Positions 20,776 through 29,589 of a stretch of 64,000 nt of DNA are shown in pieces. The stretch's first letter is position 1. Every line of letters begins with the position of its first letter. A program made the position numbers and the translations under genes. The notes below the pieces were generated by a model. The model was not told the origin of the DNA, ran no database searches, and saw nothing but the letters and a program-made list of their open reading frames with translations. Origin of the DNA: an uncultured Thermomicrobiaceae bacterium (GTDB lineage Bacteria > Chloroflexota > Chloroflexia > Thermomicrobiales > Thermomicrobiaceae). The stretch spans positions 37,363 through 101,362 of the forward strand of contig CALKCJ010000025.1 in NCBI GenBank assembly GCA_938082375.1, written 5' to 3'.

Positions 20776-21915
20776 TCACTCGACGACGATGAGATCGCGT
20801 GGGTAGGTCGTCAGATACTGGCCGCCTTGTTCGCTCACAACGACCGTATCGGCGAGAGAGAGCCCCGGGCCGGCTGCCAGCGACATGCAGAAGACCATGT
20901 TCGCCGCCAGTAGACGGTGCTCGCCGCGTACGATCCAAAAGCGGCCGAAGTCGCTCCCACATGTCCAGCACGCGTGACAGGCGAGAGCAAACCCGGAGAG
21001 CTGCATTGCCCAGATCCCGACGGGCATCCTCGAGCGAACCAGCTCGTCGAGCTCCGAGGGAACAGCACCCGGGACGAGGCGTGCGATCTGCTCCTCCTGA
21101 GCGCGTCGCATCCGTTCGTACAGCTCGGCCGTCTCCATGCCCGGCGCGCCGAGCGAGACTGTCCGCGCCAGCCGGGCCCAGTAGCCGTGCACACTGTTCG
21201 CGATCTCCAAACGCACCAGGTTACCCCGCTCCACCGTGCGGTCGCTGAGCCGGCTCTCGACGTCGCGCGGTCGCCCACCGGAGGCGAGAGATCCAGGGAG
21301 CGGGGTATCGGCACCAGACTGAGCGAGGGTAGCCGCTATCGTTCCCGCAATCTCCCGCTCGGTGGCACCAGGGCACGTGGCCGCGATGCCAGCTTCCAGG
21401 CCCTGCTGGACCACTGCCGCAGCCTTGCGGTGTTGCTCGATCTCTTCCTCGGACTTGACGAGCCGCAGCCAGGCGAGTGCCTCAGAGAGATCGACGTCGA
21501 GCGCGCCCGTCCACTCGCCGAGGAGCTGCTCATAGCGACGCGCCGACAGATGGGAGGAAGCCTTCTCGATGCCGACTCGTCGTATCCGGGGAACGAGCTT
21601 GCGCGCGAGACGGGCGGTCAACACGACGGGGTTGTCCCAGTCGTTGTAGAAGGCCGGCATATCGAGCCAGGACGCGCTCAGAAAGGCCAGCTCCTCGGCG
21701 TAACGCAAGACGTGCACTGGCTCGCTGTCAGCCGGCACAATCAACGCCTGGAAGAAGGAGTGTGCCCCGGCGAAGCCAGACAGGTAGGAGATCGTATCGG
21801 CATCGACCAGCACCGCGAGATCGACCTCGGATGCGGTCATGATCCGCCGAAACGCCTGCCAGCGTCGCGCGAACTCCTGGTCGGTGAAGACCCGGTGAGC
21901 GATCGAGCCTGTCAT
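20776..21915 (-). CDS. M24-fold (creatinase/prolidase-like) protein, apparently lacking the metal ligands
   Basis: Creatinase_N-like N-terminus (FTDQEFARRWQAFRRIM..DLAVLVDADTISYLSGF) plus pita-bread C-domain. GGGAGG RBS before ATG 21915. Confidence 0.72.
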   Translation of the reverse strand: MTGSIAHRVFTDQEFARRWQAFRRIMTASEVDLAVLVDADTISYLSGFAGAHSFFQALIVPADSEPVHVLRYAEELAFLSASWLDMPAFYNDWDNPVVLTARLARKLVPRIRRVGIEKASSHLSARRYEQLLGEWTGALDVDLSEALAWLRLVKSEEEIEQHRKAAAVVQQGLEAGIAATCPGATEREIAGTIAATLAQSGADTPLPGSLASGGRPRDVESRLSDRTVERGNLVRLEIANSVHGYWARLARTVSLGAPGMETAELYERMRRAQEEQIARLVPGAVPSELDELVRSRMPVGIWAMQLSGFALACHACWTCGSDFGRFWIVRGEHRLLAANMVFCMSLAAGPGLSLADTVVVSEQGGQYLTTYPRDLIVVE

Positions 21916-22052
21916 GCTGCCTCCCGGCCTCGCATATGGCGCCACGACGTTTCCAGTCTGATAGCATACGGGACGCATGCCAGGATGCGGCTTGTCGCCT
22001 TGTGAGGCGAGACATCGACCGCATCCGGCATGTCGACCTGGTGAGGGAACAG

Positions 22053-23279
22053 ATGCAGCGAGAGCACCGGCGGCTTCTGCTCCCAGTGTACCTGCCGACC
22101 GTCCTGCTCGCCTGCGGGCAGGGCGTCATGGTTCCGATCCTACCCTTGTACGCTCTGGAGTTCGACAACTCGTACAAGCTCGCCGGGTTAGTCGTCTCGG
22201 CTGCCTGGATCGGCACGCTGCTGGCCGATCTTCCCACGGGGTTACTGCTTCCCCGGCTGGGGTTCCGGCGTTCGATGGTTATCGGCTGCGGCCTGTTCGG
22301 CGCGGGAACGCTCGCGCTGTCTTTCGCGCAGGTCGCACCAGAGCTGATCCTCTATCGCTTCGTTGCTGGCATCGGCACAGCCCTCTGGGGGCTCTCTCGC
22401 CATACGTATATCACCCATGCGGTACCCCCGGGCGCACGCGGCCGCGCCATCGCTGTCTTCGGCGGCATCAACCGCATCGGGTGGTTCGCTGGCCCGGCAG
22501 TGGGCGGGCTCCTGGGCCAACTCTACGGGCTGGACGTGCCGATCCTGGTGGCCGGGGTGATGGCTGTGGCGGCGCTGGTAGTCGCTGCCATCGCCGTCGA
22601 AGCCCCGACGGACTGGAACCCGTCCCTGAGTCACCGACTCGACGTCAGTGTGCTGGGCGAGATCGTGCGGGACCGCCGTCGAGAGCTGGTGGCTGCTGGC
22701 TCAGCGCAGATCTTTGCCCAAATGATCCGGGCCGCCCGGCAACTGGTGATCCCGCTCTATGGGAGCGAGGTGATCGGGCTCGATCGGGCCCAGGTCGGCT
22801 TTATCCTTAGCGTCATGTCGCTGGTCGACATGACGCTCTTCGTGCCCGCTGGCATGGTCATGGACCGGTACGGGCGCAAGGCCGCTGCCGTGCCGTCCTT
22901 CCTCTTGCTGGGGCTGGGCATGGCGCTGATCCCGCTGACCGAGAGCTCCTGGACACTCTTGGGAGCGGCACTGGTGCTGGGCCTCGGCAACGGGATTGGC
23001 TCGGGCACGATGATGACGCTCGGGGCCGACCTCGCGCCGCGCGGCCGCACCGGTGAGTTCCTGGGCCTCTGGCGACTGATCGGGGACAGTGGCCAGGCGA
23101 TCGCACCGCTGGTGATCGGCGCGGTCGCCGATGCGCTCGGACTTGTGTTCACCGCTGGCGCGGTTGCCAGCCTGGGTTTCGCCGCCGCCAGCACCCTTGC
23201 GCTCTTTGTCGAGGAGACGCGCTGGAAACACGAAACGCGCCCAGCCACCGCCCGGCAACAGGTGGCGAAAGGGGACTAG
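22053..23279 (+). CDS. MFS transporter
   Basis: About 12 TM helices; loop motif GLLLPRLGFRRSM (MFS motif A-like). ATG 22053 chosen over the upstream track start. Confidence 0.85.
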   Translation: MQREHRRLLLPVYLPTVLLACGQGVMVPILPLYALEFDNSYKLAGLVVSAAWIGTLLADLPTGLLLPRLGFRRSMVIGCGLFGAGTLALSFAQVAPELILYRFVAGIGTALWGLSRHTYITHAVPPGARGRAIAVFGGINRIGWFAGPAVGGLLGQLYGLDVPILVAGVMAVAALVVAAIAVEAPTDWNPSLSHRLDVSVLGEIVRDRRRELVAAGSAQIFAQMIRAARQLVIPLYGSEVIGLDRAQVGFILSVMSLVDMTLFVPAGMVMDRYGRKAAAVPSFLLLGLGMALIPLTESSWTLLGAALVLGLGNGIGSGTMMTLGADLAPRGRTGEFLGLWRLIGDSGQAIAPLVIGAVADALGLVFTAGAVASLGFAAASTLALFVEETRWKHETRPATARQQVAKGD

Positions 23280-23313
23280 CGGCTTCTCGGAGACTGTCAC
23301 GTTCGGACAAGCA

Positions 23314-23342
23314 TTGACAGGCCGAGCTAGCTAGGGTATCCT
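23314..23342 (+). promoter_or_regulatory. Near-consensus sigma-70-type promoter
   Basis: TTGACA-17 nt-TATCCT. Confidence 0.5.
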
Positions 23343-23640
23343 AACAGTGCTGAGCGCGGGAGCGCTCAGGCCGAAGGTGCGGCGCGATCTCTTCCGCCGC
23401 ATTACTGTGTCTCGAAAGGGGCACAGGGGCGCGTGCCCTCCACAGGATGGCACAGATGAGGCTCATCGTGGAGGGTGCGTCGTTGGATACCGGAGGAGTC
23501 CCAGAACGCAGTACCTGCTCCACGGGCTGACCGGCTTGGGTGCTTCTGTCGTGACGGCGTAGGCTCGCACCTCCGCGCCCCCGGTCAGTCCGGGGGCGAC
23601 TTGTCAGTCGCGCGAACCTGGCAAGAAAGGAGGTGGGCCG
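23343..23640 (+). promoter_or_regulatory. Long structured 5' leader (candidate cis-regulatory RNA, class unknown)
   Basis: Three-way junction ACAGU...ACUGU enclosing the CUGAGCGC-GGGA-GCGCUCAG and UGCGGCG...CGCCGCA hairpins. Further stems GGGCAC/GUGCCC, CCCUCCAC/GUGGAGGG, CGCCCCCGG/CCGGGGGCG. CACCUCC (23568-23574) is complementary to the SD GGAGGUG (23629-23635). Confidence 0.35.
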
Positions 23641-23832
23641 ATGCAGACCTTCGTCCGCTACACCATTACCAACCAGGATGGGCGGCCGGTGATCCGGGCA
23701 GTGCCGGTGCCGCGCCGGATCGAGAGCTCGGCCATCGAGGCCGCATCGCCGGCCCAGGAGACCAAGGCCGAGCGGACGGAGCAGCCGCTCGTCCAGCGGA
23801 TCCGGCGGTTCCGCCTGCTCGATATCCGGTAA
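23641..23832 (+). CDS. Hypothetical 63-aa protein
   Basis: Strong RBS AAAGGAGGTG 6 nt before the ATG; MQTFVRYTITNQDGRPVIRAVPVPRR...; followed by a terminator hairpin. Confidence 0.5.
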   Translation: MQTFVRYTITNQDGRPVIRAVPVPRRIESSAIEAASPAQETKAERTEQPLVQRIRRFRLLDIR

Positions 23833-23860
23833 CGCTCATCACCAGCACACTCGATGCGCC

Positions 23861-23900
23861 GACCCCCGCGGGCGACGACCCGGCGGGGGTCGTGGCGTTT
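23861..23900. terminator. Hairpin between convergent genes (possible bidirectional terminator)
   Basis: GACCCCCGC...GCGGGGGTC 9-bp stem followed by GTGGCGTTTCC. Confidence 0.45.
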
Positions 23901-23945
23901 CCGGAATACCTACACCCAGCTCCGGCCAGGCCGGAGCGCTGCTGA

Positions 23946-25157
23946 TCAGGCCAGGCTCGCCAGCCCTCGTTCCAGGTCGTGCACCAAGTCTTCCATCGCC
24001 TCGATTCCGACCGAGAGCCGCAGCAGGCCGTCGCTGATTCCGAGAGCGGCGCGGGTGGCTGGATCGACCGACCGGTGCGAGGTCGAGGCCGGGTGCACGA
24101 TGGTGGTCGTCACCCCGCCCAGCGTCTCGGCGAAGCGGATCAGGCGCAGCGCACGCACCAACCGGGCGACTCCAGCGCGGCCACCCGGTACCTCGAACGC
24201 CAGCATGCTCCCATAGCCGTTCGCCAACAGCCACCGCGCCAGGTCGTGCTGTGGGTGGCCGGGCAGGCCCGGGTAGCTGACGCGCTCGACCGCCGGGTGC
24301 TCCGCCAGCCAGGTGGCGAGCGCCAGGGCGTTCCGGCTGCTCTGGCTCATCCGCAGCGGCAGGGTACGCAGGCCGCGCAAGATCAGCCAGGTATCGAACG
24401 GCCCGCCGATCCCGCCTAACCGGATCGCCTGCTGGCGCACCCGCTCCACCAGCTCCCGCCTGCCGAGTATGGCGCCACCGGAGGCATCGTGGTGTCCGGC
24501 GATGAACTTGGTCGTGGAGTGAACCGTCAGATCAGCTCCGAGCTGAGCCGGCCGGCAGTGGTATGGGGTGGCGAACGTGCTATCGACTACCAGCAGCGTA
24601 CCGTGCCGGTGTGCCAGCTCGGCCAGCGCGGGCACGTTGTGAACCAGGAGCGTCGGGTTGGTCAGGATATCGACGTAGAGCATCTGAGCCGGCTGTCCTG
24701 GCCGCCGGAGAGCTGCCTCGACAGCGGCGAGGTCAGTGGCGTCGACATACTCGACGACGACTCCGAAGCGGGCGAGGTCGAGGTCGAGCAGGTTTCGGGT
24801 GCCACGGTAGACCAACGCGCTGGCGATAGCCCGATCGCCGGGCGAGAGCAGTGCGAAGAGCAGGGCACTGATCGCGCTCATCCCGCTCGCGGTGACGAGC
24901 GCAGCCTCAGTTCCTTCGAGATCTGCCAGCGCCTGCTCGAGCTGGGCGTGATTGGGCAAGCCATAGCGGCCGTAGATGAAGCCGTGCTCCCGGCCCTCGT
25001 AGATTGCGTCGAGGGTCTCCAGGTTTGGATAGGCATAGGCCGCCGTTTGCCAGATCGGAGGCGTGAGCGGCTCGGTCGCCGAGGGGAGCCGGCCCTCACC
25101 GGCGTGCGCGCAGCGAGTTAGATCACTCGTCACTTCCTGCTTGTCTCGCTCCTGCAT
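23946..25157 (-). CDS. Cys/Met-metabolism PLP-dependent enzyme (cystathionine gamma-synthase / methionine gamma-lyase family)
   Basis: PLP-lysine motif HSTTKFIAGHHD; family-wide similarity along the whole length. Confidence 0.9.
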   Translation of the reverse strand: MQERDKQEVTSDLTRCAHAGEGRLPSATEPLTPPIWQTAAYAYPNLETLDAIYEGREHGFIYGRYGLPNHAQLEQALADLEGTEAALVTASGMSAISALLFALLSPGDRAIASALVYRGTRNLLDLDLARFGVVVEYVDATDLAAVEAALRRPGQPAQMLYVDILTNPTLLVHNVPALAELAHRHGTLLVVDSTFATPYHCRPAQLGADLTVHSTTKFIAGHHDASGGAILGRRELVERVRQQAIRLGGIGGPFDTWLILRGLRTLPLRMSQSSRNALALATWLAEHPAVERVSYPGLPGHPQHDLARWLLANGYGSMLAFEVPGGRAGVARLVRALRLIRFAETLGGVTTTIVHPASTSHRSVDPATRAALGISDGLLRLSVGIEAMEDLVHDLERGLASLA

Positions 25158-25373
25158 AGCTACTCCTCCAGGCTCGCGCCGTCAGTTATCGCGCTCTGCT
25201 GAGCGCGGGGCCGCCTGTCCGAATGGACAGGGACACGGCCAGGCTGCTCAACAAGGCTCCATTGTCGCACCTGCGCCGGTTGCCATCCGAGAGCAGTGAG
25301 TCCGGCTTGCGTTGGGCTGGCATACTCGGGCTATGATGCCGGCCAGATGGTGTGCGGAGGGACGGAGGAGTCG

Positions 25374-26399
25374 ATGAGCCGACTGGGATACTCGGCCAGC
25401 TTCGAGCAGTTCCACCCAACGGATCTGCTGCGCTGGTGCCAGCTTGCCGAGCACTATGGGTTCGACTCGGTGCTGGCGGCCGATCACTTCCACCCCTGGA
25501 CGCCGGAGCAGGGGCAGAGCGCGTTCGTGTGGGCCTGGCTGGGGGCGCTGGGCGCGACGACCACGCGGCTGCGCTTCGGCACCGGCGTCACCCCGCCGAT
25601 CGGGTTCCGCTACCATCCGGCGATCGTGGCCCAGGCAGCAGCGACGCTCGAGGCGATGTTCCCCGGCCGCTTCTGGCTGGGGCTGGGAGCTGGCGAGGCG
25701 CTCAACGAGCACATCGTCGGCGGTTACTGGCCGGAGCCGGCCGAGCGGGTGCGGATGCTGGTCGAGGCGATCGAGGTCATCCAGAAGCTCTTCACCGGCA
25801 AGGTGGTCAAGCACGAGGGCAGGTCCTTCCGGCTCGAGAGCGCCAAGCTCTACACCATGCCCGAGACCCCGCCGCCGATCATCGTCGGCACCGCCGGGCC
25901 GATCATGGCCAGGCGCACCGGCGAGCTCTGCGACGGCATCCTCACCCCCGGTGCGCCTGACGAGAAGCTGCGTATGCTGATGAGTCGCTTCGAGCAGGGC
26001 GCGCGCGAGGCCGGCAAGGACCCGGCGAAGATGCCGCGGATGATCCAGCTCCACGTCTCCTGGGCCGCGAGCGACGAGGCGGCCACCGAGGCGGCAGTGC
26101 GCGAGTGGCCCAACGGCGGGATGGCGTTCCCCAAGGGCGATATCCGCAACCCGGAGGACTTCGCGGCCATGGCCAAGCTCGTGCGCCCGGAGCACTTCCG
26201 CGGCCGCGTGCTGATCTCGGCCGACCTCGAGGTGCATCGCGCGCATATCCAGCACTTCATTGACCTCGGCTTCACCGAGGTCTACGTCCACAACGTCGGC
26301 CGGAACCAGGAGGAGTTCATCAAGGCGTACGGCGAGCGGGTGATCCCAAACCTGCGCTGGCCCGAGGCGGCGCCGGTGGCCACGACGTGTGCTAGGTGA
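25374..26399 (+). CDS. LLM-class F420-dependent oxidoreductase (G6PD-related subfamily)
   Basis: MSRLGYSASFEQFHPTDLL...DHFHPW...GLGAGEALNEH pattern; GGAGGAG RBS before ATG 25374. Confidence 0.82.
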   Translation: MSRLGYSASFEQFHPTDLLRWCQLAEHYGFDSVLAADHFHPWTPEQGQSAFVWAWLGALGATTTRLRFGTGVTPPIGFRYHPAIVAQAAATLEAMFPGRFWLGLGAGEALNEHIVGGYWPEPAERVRMLVEAIEVIQKLFTGKVVKHEGRSFRLESAKLYTMPETPPPIIVGTAGPIMARRTGELCDGILTPGAPDEKLRMLMSRFEQGAREAGKDPAKMPRMIQLHVSWAASDEAATEAAVREWPNGGMAFPKGDIRNPEDFAAMAKLVRPEHFRGRVLISADLEVHRAHIQHFIDLGFTEVYVHNVGRNQEEFIKAYGERVIPNLRWPEAAPVATTCAR

Positions 26400-26433
26400 G
26401 CCGAGCCGGGCGGCGGCCTAGGTCGGGGGCACC

Positions 26434-26976
26434 ATGGAGATCGTCGATCTCACGCCGAGGCACCTGAGCTGGATCGCCCAGGCGGCCCGGATCCTCCACG
26501 AGACCCTGCCGCAGGGCTGGCCCACCTTCGAGTCGGCCCGGGCCGAGGTCTGGGAGTCGTTTGGGCCCGGCCGCTTGAGCCGGGTCGCGGTGGACGAGCG
26601 AGGTGAGGTGCTGGGCTGGATCGGTGCGATCCAGTGCTACTCCTACGCCTGGGAGCTGCACCCGCTGGCCGTGCGCCCGAACCGCCAGCGGCAGGGGATC
26701 GGCACGGCGCTCGTGCGCGATCTGGAGCGCCTGCTCCGCGAACGAGGCTGCCTCACGCTCTTCGTCGGAAGCGACGACGAGACGGGCGAGACGAGCGTGG
26801 CGAAGGTCGAGCTCTTCCCCGACGTACTGGAGCACGCTCGCCGGTTGACTGTGCTCGGCAGCCACCCGGTCGACTTCTACCGCAGGCTCGGCTTCGTCGT
26901 GATCGGCGTGCTCCCGGACGCCAACGGCCCGGGCAAGCCGGACATCTGGCTGGCGAAGCGGATCGGGCCAGGGTAG
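26434..26976 (+). CDS. GNAT-family N-acetyltransferase (AAC(6')-like)
   Basis: Acetyl-CoA motif RQRQGIGTALV; overall similarity to the aminoglycoside 6'-N-acetyltransferase type. Confidence 0.85.
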   Translation: MEIVDLTPRHLSWIAQAARILHETLPQGWPTFESARAEVWESFGPGRLSRVAVDERGEVLGWIGAIQCYSYAWELHPLAVRPNRQRQGIGTALVRDLERLLRERGCLTLFVGSDDETGETSVAKVELFPDVLEHARRLTVLGSHPVDFYRRLGFVVIGVLPDANGPGKPDIWLAKRIGPG

Positions 26977-26984
26977 GCCGCGGG

Positions 26985-28124
26985 CTACGGCGCCTGGTCG
27001 AAGCGGTGCGGGCTAAAGGGCGCGAGCAGCGGATCGGGCGCGCCGCTCAGGATCCCCTGCACCACCAGGTCGGCGGTGGCCGGCGCGAGCTGCACGCCAG
27101 TGCGGTAGTGGCCAGCCGCGATCCAGACGTTGCGGTAACCAGGCAACGGGCCGATAATGGGCTCGTCGTCCGGCGTGCCCGGCCGCAGCCCAGCGCCCAT
27201 GCTCAGGAGCTCGCCTTCCATCAGCTCTGGGGCTAGCCGCTCGACCAGCCACAAGCAACGGGCGATGCCGGCCGGCGTCACCCGCGTATCCCATTCATCG
27301 CGCTCCTTGGTCGAGCCGGCCCAGACGAGCCCGTCAGTGCGTGGCACGAGGTAGCCCGCACCGTCGGCGCGGCCGAGGATGTGGTGGAGCATGGTCGTCC
27401 CGCCAGCGATCAGCGTCATCTGCCCCTTGACCGGGAGCGTCGGCAGCAGCCTCCCGAGCTGCCCGGCGAGCTGCCCAGTCCAGGCGCCGGCCGCCAGCAC
27501 GACCTGTCCCGCCGTGTATCGGCCCTGCGGCGTCCGGACGGCGCTGACCCGCTCGCCTTCGACTTCGAACCCGGCCACCGGTGCGCGCTCGACGACTCGC
27601 GCGCCGCGCTTGGCGGCAGCCAACGCGAGCGCCCACACTAGCCGCTGGACGACCAGGCTTCCACCCTCATCGGCTAGCAGCGCGCCGAGGATCCCCTCAG
27701 GCAGCAGCGGCTCGATCTCCCAGGCAGTCTTCCCGTCGACCCACTCGCTCTCGAAGCCTGCGCTTGCCTGCCAGGCCGCCAGCTCCCGCAGCGAGGCGAC
27801 CTCGTCTTCTGTCTCGGCCACGAGGAGCTCACCCCATTGCCGGTAGCCGACGTCCAGCCCGCTGTCCTCCTGCACGGCCGCGACCAGCCAGGGGTAGGCC
27901 TGAAAGCTGCGCCGGGCCAGCTCCAGCCGCTCGGCGGGGATGGCGCTGCTCGAAGGCGGGCTGACGATCCCCGCTGAAGCCTCCGAAGCTCCCCGGCCGA
28001 GCGTACCGCCCTCCAGCAACAGGCAGGCTATCCCCTGCCGTGTCAGCGCGTAGGCGATGGCGGCGCCGATCACCCCGCCGCCGACAACGATGACGTCTGC
28101 CAGAGTCTCGTTCGTGGCGCCCAT
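26985..28124 (-). CDS. FAD-dependent oxidoreductase, DAO family (glycine oxidase ThiO-like)
   Basis: DVIVVGGGVIGAAIAYALTRQG dinucleotide fold; AAGGAGGG RBS before ATG 28124. Confidence 0.8.
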   Translation of the reverse strand: MGATNETLADVIVVGGGVIGAAIAYALTRQGIACLLLEGGTLGRGASEASAGIVSPPSSSAIPAERLELARRSFQAYPWLVAAVQEDSGLDVGYRQWGELLVAETEDEVASLRELAAWQASAGFESEWVDGKTAWEIEPLLPEGILGALLADEGGSLVVQRLVWALALAAAKRGARVVERAPVAGFEVEGERVSAVRTPQGRYTAGQVVLAAGAWTGQLAGQLGRLLPTLPVKGQMTLIAGGTTMLHHILGRADGAGYLVPRTDGLVWAGSTKERDEWDTRVTPAGIARCLWLVERLAPELMEGELLSMGAGLRPGTPDDEPIIGPLPGYRNVWIAAGHYRTGVQLAPATADLVVQGILSGAPDPLLAPFSPHRFDQAP

Positions 28125-28271
28125 CTCGCCCTCCTTACCCAGAGCCTGGCCTGGTGGCTGGCCCCGTGCGCCAGCCACCGCGGCCCGCACCATCTTACCC
28201 GCCGTGCGGCCGAACCGATCGCGCAGGAAGAGGCCAAAGCCGTCCAGCCCTGCCCCAGCTTGACGTCATTG

Positions 28272-28390
28272 TGGTATACTGCTTTGCAGCGAGGCGATGA
28301 GGCTCGCCTGGCGGTGAGTCCGCCGAACCGCCACCATGGCTGATAGCCTCTACGCGTGACCTCCGGTCTGTGCGTGGAGGCTTTTGTGTT
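28272..28390 (+). promoter_or_regulatory. Extended -10 promoter and leader with a terminator-like hairpin upstream of the MoxR-associated operon
   Basis: TGGTATACT (28272-28280). Leader hairpins GCGAG/CTCGC and GGCGG/CCGCC. AGCCTC...GAGGCT (28345-28382) is followed by TTTTGTGTT. Confidence 0.35.
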
Positions 28391-28496
28391 CGGGTCACTG
28401 GGTCTGCCATTCGACTTCAAGAACCAGTTCCGTTCGCCCACCCGAGGACCTGAGCTGCTGGCCCGCGTCCGCCGGCTCTTGGGGGCGCGGGAGCCG

Positions 28497-29558
28497 ATGC
28501 CCGACCGTTACCTCCTGCGCACCATCGAAGAGGAGTTCGAGCTGGCCGGTTGCCCGGTCTGTCGCCTGCTGGCCCGCAAGGAGCTGCGCGGGCTCGAGGC
28601 GCTGCTCTGGGAGCAGGTCACCGACCCGCTGACACACCGGCGGTTGCTCGCCTCGCGCGGCTTCTGCTTCGAGCACGCCTGGACGTTGATTCCCGCTGGG
28701 CGCCTGGTGCATAGCCACTACGGTGTGGCGATCGTCCTCGACCGGCTGCTGCAGGACTTCTTGGCACGCGCTGTCGCGGGCGTCGAGGCGGCCCAGCGAT
28801 GGCTGCGCCCGGAGGCGCCTTGTCCGGCCTGCGAGTGGAACCGGGCGGCGGAAGACACGCTGCTCTGGACCCTGGCCTGGCTCGGCGAGCGTGACCCGGA
28901 TCTGCTCGGAGACGGCCCGGCCGCGCTCTGCCGGCCGCATGCCGCTGGTCTCCTCGCGTACACCTCCTCCGAGCGGCGAGCAGCGCTCGCACAACGCATC
29001 CTCTGGCGGACGGAGCAAGCGCTCCGCGAGGGCACGGCCGAGGAGCGGCTGGCCCTGCTCGTCGGGCGGAAGCCGCACGAGCTTCCACCGCAGGCGGTCT
29101 CGTGCCCCGCCTGCGCGCGGACACGCCGCTCCCTCGTCGACGACGGCTGCTGGCGGCAGTCACGACTGCACGCCTGGGTCGCCTGGCTGGACGCGCCGGA
29201 TCGGGTCGCCGAGGCACTGGGCTGGGAGAGCTTGCACCCGAACGGCCGGCTCGGCAGTCATACGCCGTCGGCACGGCCGGAGTCAGGTGTCGCCCCCCTC
29301 TGTCTGGGGCACCTACGCCACGTCATCGTCACCACTGGGTCGAGCGAGGCGCTTGCGGCCGCGCTCGGGGATCTGGAGCGGCTCGCTGAAGACCTGGAAG
29401 CCTTCATCGCCAGTGCCGACTACCGCTTTACTGGCGAGCTCACGCCAACTCAGCGACGGAGCTGGCAGCGGGTGGTGGCCCGCTTCGCCGGGGAGACACC
29501 GGGCGTCGGGCTGCACGATCCGCTCGCTGGTTCGCCCGGGGGTCGATGCGATGAGTAG
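28497..29558 (+). CDS. Cys-rich protein with three CPxC...CxxH modules (predicted zinc-binding; function unknown)
   Basis: GCPVC...FCFEH, PCPAC...LCRPH, SCPAC...LCLGH. Start set at ATG 28497 (GGGAG upstream) because the track start 28356 overlaps the leader hairpin and U-tract. Possibly DUF6062-like, unverified. Confidence 0.6.
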   Translation: MPDRYLLRTIEEEFELAGCPVCRLLARKELRGLEALLWEQVTDPLTHRRLLASRGFCFEHAWTLIPAGRLVHSHYGVAIVLDRLLQDFLARAVAGVEAAQRWLRPEAPCPACEWNRAAEDTLLWTLAWLGERDPDLLGDGPAALCRPHAAGLLAYTSSERRAALAQRILWRTEQALREGTAEERLALLVGRKPHELPPQAVSCPACARTRRSLVDDGCWRQSRLHAWVAWLDAPDRVAEALGWESLHPNGRLGSHTPSARPESGVAPLCLGHLRHVIVTTGSSEALAAALGDLERLAEDLEAFIASADYRFTGELTPTQRRSWQRVVARFAGETPGVGLHDPLAGSPGGRCDE

Positions 29559-29589
29559 GATAGGGGCCAGACAGCGAGGAGCCACCGTG

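Noticed and set aside
23343-23640. Assignment of the structured leader to glycine (GCCGAAGG, CGAAAGGGGCA), guanidine-I/ykkC (CUAGGGUAUCC), ZTP (GUCGUGACGGCG) riboswitches, or to 6S/SRP/RNase P RNA.
   Set aside because: Each resemblance covers only one short motif. Partner motifs are missing (CUCAGGCAAAAGGAC, ACACGG..GGGA, CCGCCUGGGCA, GGAAAGUCCGG, the SRP domain IV loop). The CUAGGGUA string overlaps the -10 box.
25158-25373. SAM-I/SAM-IV riboswitch upstream of the Cys/Met PLP enzyme. The minus strand contains GGCAACC...GGUGCGACAA, a CUGCUC/GAGCAG closing stem and two 7-bp hairpins.
   Set aside because: The 5' half of the SAM-I core (AGAG.GG.GGAGGGA.UGGCCC) and the AGAUGAG closing segment are absent. 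The similarity is limited to short strings. A cmscan with RF00162/RF00634 would settle it.
28356-28496. Track start (GTG 28356) for the Cys-rich protein, adding 47 N-terminal residues.
   Set aside because: This stretch overlaps the terminator-like hairpin and the TTTTGTGTT tract. It has weaker third-position G/C bias and no RBS. ATG 28497 has a GGGAG upstream. This is still uncertain.
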